A DNA stretch of 64,000 bases, taken from positions 64,001-128,000 of the forward strand of contig JBFMAD010000005.1 in assembly GCA_040755855.1 (NCBI GenBank), in the 5' to 3' direction. The notes under the pieces are model-generated. The model worked only from the letters and a program-made list of their open reading frames with translations. It had not been told where the DNA came from and ran no database searches. This document shows positions 54,914-64,000 of the stretch, piece by piece. The position numbers were made by a program, and so were the translations under genes. Position 1 is the first letter of the stretch. Each line of letters starts with the position of its first letter. Source of the DNA: Planctomycetota bacterium. GTDB lineage: Bacteria > Planctomycetota > Brocadiia > JAADGH01.

Positions 54914-55963
54914 ATGGCAAAAAAGAAGGTGATGCGTTTCGGAGTTATTGGGTGCGGCGGGGCAGGCCGGGCGCGGGCGATTGGCATGGCCAAGGACCCG
55001 ACCGTGAAGGTCGTGGCCGGGAACGACACGGTTCCCGAGAATGTCAAGAAACTGTCCGATGGTCTCGGATACGAGGTTCGGCCCTTCATCGGTCCCGACG
55101 CCTACAAGGAAATGGTTGACAATACGGACCTCGATGCGGTCGGCGTGTTCTCTCCGCACACGCTCCATTTCGACCACGCCATGTATGCCCTGTCGAAGGG
55201 GAAGCATGTGCTGATCGAGAAGCCGATGGTCTGCGGCGTGGGACCGGCGATCAAGTCGGCGAAGTTCGCCGAGAAGAAGGGCCTGGTTTACCTGATCCAT
55301 TACCAGCGCCACTACGAGGCGAAGTATGTCACCGCTCGGGAACTGATCCAGAAGGGCGAGATCGGCGACGTGAAGTCGTTCTATGTTTACATGGCGCAGG
55401 ACTGGCCCGCGCCCTCGTGGCGGGGCGACCCGAAGTACTCCGGCGGCGGACAGCTCAACGACTCCGGCAGCCACTACCAGGACATCCTGCTCTGGATGAC
55501 GGGCCTCCTGCCGAAGAGCGCCGTGGGCAGCCTGGACTACATCTATCGCGGCGAGAAGAAGCAAGTCGAGATCAACGGGTCGTTCAGCGTCGAACTGTCC
55601 AACGGGGCGGTCGGTCGTCTCATCATTATCGGAGACTACATCCGGGGTATGGTGGACGACGTCCGAATCCTGGGCAGCAAGGCGAACCTGCTCTTTACCG
55701 GTCCGAACCTGGTCCTGCACCCGCACGGCGGCCAGCCGCAGCCGATTGAACCGAAGCTGCCGGAAGGCTACCCCACCAGTCCGGGAGACAACTTCACCAA
55801 GCTCGTCCTCGGCCAGACGAAGACGAACCACGTGGACGCCATCTTCGGTGCGCGCGTCGCGCTCTTGACCGACACGATCCTTCGGGCTGGCAAGTCGGCC
55901 CGTCGGGTGACCTGCGAGAGCCTCCTCAAGCGGGCTAAGTTCAGCGAGAAGGACCTGGTGTAA
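54914..55963 (+). CDS. Gfo/Idh/MocA-family oxidoreductase
   Basis: GVIGCGG, GKHVLIEKP, GGGQLNDSGSH. Confidence 0.9.
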   Translation: MAKKKVMRFGVIGCGGAGRARAIGMAKDPTVKVVAGNDTVPENVKKLSDGLGYEVRPFIGPDAYKEMVDNTDLDAVGVFSPHTLHFDHAMYALSKGKHVLIEKPMVCGVGPAIKSAKFAEKKGLVYLIHYQRHYEAKYVTARELIQKGEIGDVKSFYVYMAQDWPAPSWRGDPKYSGGGQLNDSGSHYQDILLWMTGLLPKSAVGSLDYIYRGEKKQVEINGSFSVELSNGAVGRLIIIGDYIRGMVDDVRILGSKANLLFTGPNLVLHPHGGQPQPIEPKLPEGYPTSPGDNFTKLVLGQTKTNHVDAIFGARVALLTDTILRAGKSARRVTCESLLKRAKFSEKDLV

Positions 55964-55980
55964 GCGACTGTATCGAACTG

Positions 55981-56013
55981 GAAAAGCGCCTGCCTCCCTG
56001 GCAGGCGCTTTTC
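55981..56013. terminator. Bidirectional intrinsic terminator
   Basis: GAAAAGCGCCTGCC-tccct-GGCAGGCGCTTTTC between convergent genes. Confidence 0.8.
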
Positions 56014-56027
56014 GTTTGCGCGGCGGC

Positions 56028-57608
56028 TTACGGCCCCAGTCGCTCCACGTCAATGTATAGCGCCGTCAGGGGAGGCGCGTCGTGGATGTAGAGGAGCCGC
56101 CCCGGGGCGATCTCGCGGATCGTGGTGTAGTTGAAGCCCGGAACGTCCGTGATGACGCGGTGATGGGACCACGTCATGCCCTTGTCCGTGCTGAACATGA
56201 TGCAGCTCCCCGGCCGACCGTAGCTGCACGCCAGGACGCCGTTGCTCATCCAAACTAGGTCGGCGTCCACGCTGCCTTCCTCAAGAGTCGCCGGTTCGCT
56301 CCACGTCTTGCCGCCGTCGTTTGAGCGGACCTGATGGAAAGGTTTCATCGTGCCCTGGCGGAGGATGGCGACCATATCGGTGTCCGACAGGCGGGCGACG
56401 GCGGGTTCGTGGCCGGCGCCGATGTTCGAGAACAGTTTCCATGTCAGCCCGCGGTCCGTCGTCTGCAGAAGTCGCGCGTGTTGCTTGCTGTCATAGACGA
56501 CGGCGAGGATTGTGTTGTTCCCGATGTCGAAGATATGCCGGTCGAGAACCATGATCTTCCATGTGTCCTTGGGCGCGGCGATGTTGTTCTCGATCATCGT
56601 GAACGTCTCGGCCTTCGGGTCCATGTGGAACGTCATGCCGACGTGCTTCCCCTCCTCGTATTGGACGTTCCACCGGGAGACGCCGAGGATCGCGCCGTCG
56701 GCAAGGCGGATCATCGGCTGGGGGACAAAGGTTTTTTTCTGCAGCCCCTCGACAGGCGTCCACGTCTTCCCCTGATCGGTGGACTTTAGGATGCCGTACG
56801 GCTCGTAGTACTTGTCCGGTCCCTGTGCGACGCTCATCAGAAGCAGGCCGCCGCCCATGTCATACAGATAGGGGCGGGTGGATCGGACGATGCCGGGTTT
56901 GAGAATCTGCCACGGCTCGCCTATCGTGATCTTAAGGGACTCATCCTGCGTCGCGGGCTTCGCGGGCCGCACGCCGAGCCTCACATAATCCCACAACGAC
57001 TCGCCCATGAAGGATTTTGAGCAGGAACCGAATTGAATGAAGGGCTTTCCGTCGAGGGCCGGCTTCCAGAAGGCGTCCTTCCCGCGAATCTTCATCTCGC
57101 CGTCCACGAGGACGCTCATATCTGTGCCGCGGATGACAAGCCGATAGACATGGAAGCCTTTCACCGTGTCCATCAGATAGGATCGGTCCATGAAGGTGCT
57201 GACGCGGCCGGGAATGAGGGATAGTCCTTCCTGATGCAGCCCGTCGCTGACGAGGATGCTGATGGGCGAGCCGTCGCGCCAGGGCCAATGGGTGGTTCCC
57301 CCGCGCCATGCCTTGACGGACTTCACCTGCACGCGCGCCTCGACGATGATCTCCTGGTCGGGCTTTGCGTCCCACACGGCGCGGTAGCAGCACATGTCGT
57401 CGGCCGTCTCCTCCGCGATGCGGAGCACACCGTCGGCAATCTCGGCCTTGGCGGCCTCGCCGCCCTGGCGGGTCCACTGCGCAGGATCAGGCAGGGCGTC
57501 GGCCTGATACTCGATAAGCCAGTTCACATCGTCGGCGCAAATGCTTGCAGTGCAACACGCAAGAGCAAGAACGAAAACCACTGATAGGTTCTCAAGTGTA
57601 AGGTCCAT
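56028..57608 (-). CDS. Exported BNR/Asp-box (sialidase-like) beta-propeller protein with an N-terminal beta-sandwich
   Basis: Signal peptide; Asp boxes STDQGKTW, TTDRGLTW, SNDGGKTW, STDKGMTW. Confidence 0.8.
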   Translation of the reverse strand: MDLTLENLSVVFVLALACCTASICADDVNWLIEYQADALPDPAQWTRQGGEAAKAEIADGVLRIAEETADDMCCYRAVWDAKPDQEIIVEARVQVKSVKAWRGGTTHWPWRDGSPISILVSDGLHQEGLSLIPGRVSTFMDRSYLMDTVKGFHVYRLVIRGTDMSVLVDGEMKIRGKDAFWKPALDGKPFIQFGSCSKSFMGESLWDYVRLGVRPAKPATQDESLKITIGEPWQILKPGIVRSTRPYLYDMGGGLLLMSVAQGPDKYYEPYGILKSTDQGKTWTPVEGLQKKTFVPQPMIRLADGAILGVSRWNVQYEEGKHVGMTFHMDPKAETFTMIENNIAAPKDTWKIMVLDRHIFDIGNNTILAVVYDSKQHARLLQTTDRGLTWKLFSNIGAGHEPAVARLSDTDMVAILRQGTMKPFHQVRSNDGGKTWSEPATLEEGSVDADLVWMSNGVLACSYGRPGSCIMFSTDKGMTWSHHRVITDVPGFNYTTIREIAPGRLLYIHDAPPLTALYIDVERLGP

Positions 57609-57620
57609 TTCAGGATTTCC

Positions 57621-58379
57621 TCATTGCGCATGAACGAGTTCATCCAGCTCTTTCTTGAGGATATTGTCCATCGGAAACGCGCTGCCTCGGTGCTGGCGGA
57701 AGCCCTCGGCGAACTCGACTCCGATCTCGCGTCCGCGCCTGGCCGAACGCTCCTTCATGGCGTCCATGTATTCGATGTTGTGGTGCTTCCTGAGCCAGTC
57801 CTGTTGACTCTGGTGGCAGCTCAGCATCCGCTCTTTCTTCTTGAATACCGAAGTAATATCCACATAGATGCTCGGCTTGATCGCGTTGCCGAGGATGTCA
57901 ATCCCGCCGGCGGGGTCGCAGTAGTAGAGATGGGGGACCGGCTCGAAGGCCTTCGCCTCGCCGGTGTCCACGTTCACCACCCCCGCCGTGAAGCAGGCCG
58001 TCTGGACGACCTTGCTCGTGATCTCGTGGTCCTGCATGTAATCGCTTGGGCTGGGCGCGAAGACGATGGCGGGCTGAACCTCCCGCACGAGCATCATGGC
58101 CCGCAGGAGCGTCGGGCGATCATAGAGGATGAACACGTCGTCGCACCAGAGGCAGTGATATTTGCCCTTGAGCATGGCGGCGGATTTCGCCGCCTCTTCA
58201 GTGCGAATCCGGCTGATTTCCTCGCGCGAATATTCCTTCGTGCCGCCGTCGCCGGGGGTCATGGTGGCGATGTGGATCTCCCACCCCTTCTCGGCCAGCA
58301 GGGCCAGCGTGCCCGCGCAGGTGAACTCCGCATCGTCGGGATGGGCTTGAAGGCTCAGCGCCGCCTTTCGATTGCTCAT
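57621..58379 (-). CDS. PIG-L/LmbE-family deacetylase
   Basis: AHPDDAE, TPGDGG, DH, HQSQ, AEGF. Confidence 0.9.
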   Translation of the reverse strand: MSNRKAALSLQAHPDDAEFTCAGTLALLAEKGWEIHIATMTPGDGGTKEYSREEISRIRTEEAAKSAAMLKGKYHCLWCDDVFILYDRPTLLRAMMLVREVQPAIVFAPSPSDYMQDHEITSKVVQTACFTAGVVNVDTGEAKAFEPVPHLYYCDPAGGIDILGNAIKPSIYVDITSVFKKKERMLSCHQSQQDWLRKHHNIEYMDAMKERSARRGREIGVEFAEGFRQHRGSAFPMDNILKKELDELVHAQ

Positions 58380-58398
58380 GCTTCATCAACTCCTTCGA

Positions 58399-60081
58399 TC
58401 ATTTGGCGGCAGGCGCTCGCAGGTCAAAACGTCCGCGGCCGCCGCTGATTCGCATTGATGCGCGGACGGTTTGGGTCCCCTTGGGGGGATCGAGACGGAT
58501 AGTGTACGCCTGCCATTTCGCTGTCCGCCCAATTGCAATCGAGACCTTCTGGTCCCTACGGTATCGCAAACCGCGCGGGCCGTAGTAGAAGATGGTCACT
58601 CGCGCCTGCAATGCCCCCTTCTGCGATCGCGGCGAAAAACGCCAAGCCAACAGGAGCGTCTTGCGTTTTCCCATCCTCATGCGGGGACAGGCGAGGTGCA
58701 CGGACGAATCCTTTTTCAGGAAGTTCATCCGAAGTATCTCCTCCCTCTTTTCTTTTTCGGATGAGAAACGAACATTGACTGCCGGGACCCACTGAAAGCC
58801 GCCGCGAAAGGCGGTTCCTTCGTACTCTGGAAATGGCAGCCGATGGTCTGGTTGCTCGACGAAACCGCCGGCGTCAATCGCATCTGTATGCGCCGTCAGC
58901 ACCTTGTGGATCGCCTTCCCGATGGAGGCGCCGTAGGCGAGATATTCCACACGGGTCAGCACGCGGTCATCCCTCGTGAGCGCATAGCTCACCTCATTCG
59001 TTATGGTCAGGATGCCCGTGGCGAGATAGACGCCGCCTGTCGAGGTCGTCTCCGACTCATCGCCCATGTACCGGGGCTCCTCGACGTCTTTTGGATCAAG
59101 GCGGGATCGCCTCGGGCTGAGGTCAACCAGGGCCTGGCCGTACTCGCGGCCGAGGCGGTGCTCCTTCAGGAAGACCTGATGCGGTCCCCCGGCGCCGGGT
59201 GCGTGGTAGTCAAAGAACGCGAGGTTCCGCGCGCCCATGGCCAGCACCTCGCGGAGGATATGGCCCACCTCGGGCCGCGGCGTGTCCTCGATGTAGGCGC
59301 GGTTAAAGTCGAGGGGCGCCCGTTCCTTGCCGTAGTATCCCTCGATCACGCCGTCCAGGTCGGCGAAGGGAACGACGCGGAAGCGGTACCGACTCCGAAG
59401 GTCCCGCGCCCGACGGTCATCGGACAGCAGCCACCGCAGCGTCCCCTCCAGGGCCCAACTCCCTGGCGTCTCGCCGGAGTGGTGGCGGGCGGTGAGCCAG
59501 ATCACCTTCTTGCCACGCGCCGGACCTTCGGTGATTCGCGCATGGGGGATCGCCCTGCCCATCGCCGTCTTGCCGATGATGCCGGGGATCAAGCATCGGT
59601 TGCGACTGAAATCACTGACAAGCTCCTGCCACTCCGCCAGGCCATAGGGAAAACAGTGAGCGACGTATGCTTCATCGGACCCGATACGTGCAGAGAACGA
59701 GAATTGCCCGGTGGTTGAATTATGGGACAGGTCCTTCTTAGGGATGCGCCGCCAGCGCCGCTCGGATGGGCGCATGGTTGGTGGATCGTCCGTCACGACA
59801 GGCCGGACGCGCAGATTTGCGTACGATGATTCGCCGCCGAGGCAGCGATTCGCATTCATCAGGACAAATCGCACCGTCCATCCCTTCGCGCCGCGAATGC
59901 AGAAGTGAAACCACATCGGCAAGGGGCTGCTGTCCCATGGGGCGAGGAATGTGACTACCCCCGGCTCGGGGCTTCGCAACTGGATTCCCGCTCCGGTGTC
60001 GAAGTCGCTCGACAGCTCGACGCTCCATGGCCTTGGGTGTTTGGGTTTACTTCTCACCACACACTCCTTCAGTTGTCCCAT
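58399..60081 (-). CDS. M14-family (cytosolic-type) zinc carboxypeptidase-like protein with an extra C-terminal domain
   Basis: FDTGAG N-domain, TARHHSGETPG (HxxE), DGVIEG, DFNR, DYH, E near the end of the domain. Confidence 0.75.
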   Translation of the reverse strand: MGQLKECVVRSKPKHPRPWSVELSSDFDTGAGIQLRSPEPGVVTFLAPWDSSPLPMWFHFCIRGAKGWTVRFVLMNANRCLGGESSYANLRVRPVVTDDPPTMRPSERRWRRIPKKDLSHNSTTGQFSFSARIGSDEAYVAHCFPYGLAEWQELVSDFSRNRCLIPGIIGKTAMGRAIPHARITEGPARGKKVIWLTARHHSGETPGSWALEGTLRWLLSDDRRARDLRSRYRFRVVPFADLDGVIEGYYGKERAPLDFNRAYIEDTPRPEVGHILREVLAMGARNLAFFDYHAPGAGGPHQVFLKEHRLGREYGQALVDLSPRRSRLDPKDVEEPRYMGDESETTSTGGVYLATGILTITNEVSYALTRDDRVLTRVEYLAYGASIGKAIHKVLTAHTDAIDAGGFVEQPDHRLPFPEYEGTAFRGGFQWVPAVNVRFSSEKEKREEILRMNFLKKDSSVHLACPRMRMGKRKTLLLAWRFSPRSQKGALQARVTIFYYGPRGLRYRRDQKVSIAIGRTAKWQAYTIRLDPPKGTQTVRASMRISGGRGRFDLRAPAAK

Positions 60082-60084
60082 GTG

Positions 60085-60969
60085 CTACTGCGGAGGAAGA
60101 TCAAGCAACTTCTCAGCATTCTTCCATCCGATCTTCTCGTAAACCTCGCGGGAGATATGACCGCCTTCGACGGCCTCGTTCAGGAAGTCAATAAGGGGCG
60201 TCTTGTTCCTCGGATCACAGATGTCGAGACCGAAATAGAGCTGATCCTGGAACTCGGTCATGAAGGCATAGCCGAAGTCCGGGTCGCGGCTCACCGCGTT
60301 GCACCCGCTGCCGGCGGACAGGTCGCCGCAGAGCATCGGATACTCCCGCATCATGCGTACGAGCGCGCCCCCCTCCGTGACCTTGCCCTTGGAGTAGCCG
60401 GACCGGTTCTGCTCGGTGGCATCGCCGCTAATCTCGGACCAGAAGACGGGGGAGTGGCCGAGGAACCGGAGCTTCGGGAACTTCTTGAGCGCGCCTTCCA
60501 GAAGCGGAAGGTGCAAGTGATCTATCATGCCATACATCCCGCCTTCCTTTGAGGCCATGTGGAACGTCACGGGCAGGTCGCAGGCCTCGGCATGTTTGAA
60601 GAGATTGTCCATGCGCGGGTCGTCCACGGGGATGTTGGCGCAGACCTCGCCGAGGCCCTTGCAGCCGTGGTCCTTGTAGTATCGCATGAGATAGCCGAGG
60701 TCGTAGGTGGGTGAATTGCACTGCTGGCGCGGGTCAATGTTCATGAAAGGGATGAAAAAGTCGGGGTATTTCTCCGTGACGGCCAGGGCATCCTCCGTGC
60801 TCTGGATGATGTGCGCGCCTTCGGGGTTGGCGCTGGGCAGGTTGACCATCGCGCGCACGCCTTTCGGTTTCAGCATGGCCATCAGTTCTTCGGGTGTGGC
60901 GAAGCGCTGGCCCTTCTCGGTGGGCGGGATGGGAAAAAACATCGTATGGCCGTGAATGTCAATCAGCAT
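60085..60969 (-). CDS. Amidohydrolase_2-family metallohydrolase
   Basis: MLIDIHGH (start 60969), KGLGE, PVTFH, FLGH, FGLD, NAEKLL. Confidence 0.85.
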   Translation of the reverse strand: MLIDIHGHTMFFPIPPTEKGQRFATPEELMAMLKPKGVRAMVNLPSANPEGAHIIQSTEDALAVTEKYPDFFIPFMNIDPRQQCNSPTYDLGYLMRYYKDHGCKGLGEVCANIPVDDPRMDNLFKHAEACDLPVTFHMASKEGGMYGMIDHLHLPLLEGALKKFPKLRFLGHSPVFWSEISGDATEQNRSGYSKGKVTEGGALVRMMREYPMLCGDLSAGSGCNAVSRDPDFGYAFMTEFQDQLYFGLDICDPRNKTPLIDFLNEAVEGGHISREVYEKIGWKNAEKLLDLPPQ

Positions 60970-61063
60970 ACCTTTCTCCAAAGAGTTGAAACGCATTGTC
61001 TCGATTGGGAATAGCGTAACCCGTCGCGTTTGTCAATGGCCATATTGGGAGACAAACCGGGAA

Positions 61064-62221
61064 TCAGAGTATTCCGGAGAAGGGAAGAAGAAACAGGAGC
61101 ATGTCAGCCTGCATGTACGCGCATTCCGTGACCTCCTCGCCTTCGTCACGCATGGGCAGAAGCCCGCAGGGGGTTCGCACGCTGAGGAGGTACTTGAGGA
61201 GTCTTGCGGCTGTGTTGGTGTTTCGCTTGCCCCCGACACGACGCAGTACGTTGTAGGTGATGGCGTAGGGCCAGATGTTGTGCTTTGCCGTGGATGTCTC
61301 GTTCTTTTCCCAGAGCATCTCACCCTTCGGACCGACACAGGAGCACAGGAAAGCCGTGGCTTTGGATAGGGCCTGCTTCAGGTCCTTTGCCGGTGCGAAA
61401 GCAGTCGCGCCCTTGAGCAGAGCGGAAAGATCGCCTTGTCCGGTCGGCAAGCCGGCAAGCAAGTCGAGGATGTTAAGCAGGCACCACAGGACGAGCGAGG
61501 TGTAGTTGATCGTTATTCCGCCTTCGGTGCGGTAGGGGAAGCACCCACTCGGCCACTGGGCGGTCAAGGTGTGGACGACGCTTCGACGCGCTCCTTGCAG
61601 GAAGATGTTGAGCCGTCGCTCATAGACGTCGCGCAGAGCGGCATATACCGACATGAGCGATTCGGCGGCGTGAAGATTTGCATTGAGGGTGTCGTACGGC
61701 GAGCGCTCGTGGTGCGGGAAGATGCCTGAGCCTGGCGGCCACTCGATGGAGAGCACCCAGTGTCCCACTTTCTGCAGGCAGTCGAAATAGGATTTTTTGG
61801 GGGGCAGACCCGCAAGGACCGCGTGCCCAAGGCCGTGCGCTGCGAAGCCCGTGGCGATGGTGGAGCATTCCTCCAGACCGGTGCGTTCCCAGTCGCTTGG
61901 AGTCTCATTATTCTGAATCTCAAAATAGCCCCCGCTGGGGCGCTGCCGTGCGGCGAGCCAATCAAAGGCCAGCTCGGCGCGGTGCATCATCTCGGCGTCT
62001 TGCCTCTTCTTGCCGATCAGCCAGAGCGCCAGCGCCGCGCTCCCCGCCGTGCGATTGTGATGTGCGCCGCCAGCGTGATAATCGAGCAGGGGACCATGGT
62101 AGGCTTTCTCGCTCCAGAACGAGCCGTAGTATTCACCGGGGGTAAGGTCCTGGCAGCGCAGGAGGTACTTCAGAATCGTCTCGCAAACCTCGCGGACATG
62201 TCGCTCCGCATCAGACGACAT
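61064..62221 (-). CDS. Hypothetical helical-toroid protein
   Basis: 385-aa ORF with recurring QxxxGxF/Y motifs (WLAARQRPSGGY, QWPSGCFPY) typical of (alpha/alpha)n barrels. Confidence 0.55.
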   Translation of the reverse strand: MSSDAERHVREVCETILKYLLRCQDLTPGEYYGSFWSEKAYHGPLLDYHAGGAHHNRTAGSAALALWLIGKKRQDAEMMHRAELAFDWLAARQRPSGGYFEIQNNETPSDWERTGLEECSTIATGFAAHGLGHAVLAGLPPKKSYFDCLQKVGHWVLSIEWPPGSGIFPHHERSPYDTLNANLHAAESLMSVYAALRDVYERRLNIFLQGARRSVVHTLTAQWPSGCFPYRTEGGITINYTSLVLWCLLNILDLLAGLPTGQGDLSALLKGATAFAPAKDLKQALSKATAFLCSCVGPKGEMLWEKNETSTAKHNIWPYAITYNVLRRVGGKRNTNTAARLLKYLLSVRTPCGLLPMRDEGEEVTECAYMQADMLLFLLPFSGIL

Positions 62222-62315
62222 AGGTCAAAGTCTCCTATTCTAATTTGGAGAGAGCGTTGCGTATGTAGGTGTCCTTCTTTAACGCCGCGGTGAAGGGGGA
62301 TGGCGCTCAGATTGC

Positions 62316-64000
<1,685 letters not shown>

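Overview
GC-rich chromosomal segment of a PVC-superphylum bacterium, most likely an anaerobic Planctomycetota. The evidence is a PVC-signature small basic protein, a planctomycete-type long ACP, zinc-ribbon/HEAT proteins and a DUF1571-like protein. Main blocks: (1) 1708-15961, a co-directional type II FAS/PKS-like lipid biosynthesis cluster (2 FabZ, B12-domain radical SAM, FabG, ACP with a large insertion, one degenerate and one intact ketosynthase, 2 SAM methyltransferases, DUF362/4Fe-4S, DUF1571-like, an enolase-superfamily enzyme and 3 alpha/beta hydrolases). This is the best candidate for an undescribed system. (2) xerD, a Cys-rich GAF histidine kinase and tRNA-Val. (3) An accessory catabolic region, 18.8-38.7 kb: APC permease, amidohydrolases, an HzsA-like di-haem protein, a Thr-type sulfatase-fold enzyme, AraC, an orphan glycyl radical enzyme and large secreted glycosidase-like proteins. 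(4) Housekeeping tRNA-Asp, proS, tRNA-Ser and ribH-nusB-PHP-ftsY. (5) An AT-rich 374-bp element bounded by 13-bp inverted repeats, with an orphan promoter and a structured RNA candidate. (6) TPR/zinc-ribbon/HEAT genes, a GH5-like protein, a phage tail-collar-like lipoprotein, a hydrolase operon and gmd-rmd. No CRISPR array, rRNA, transposase or prophage was seen. All family assignments come from motif recognition by eye; no database searches were run.
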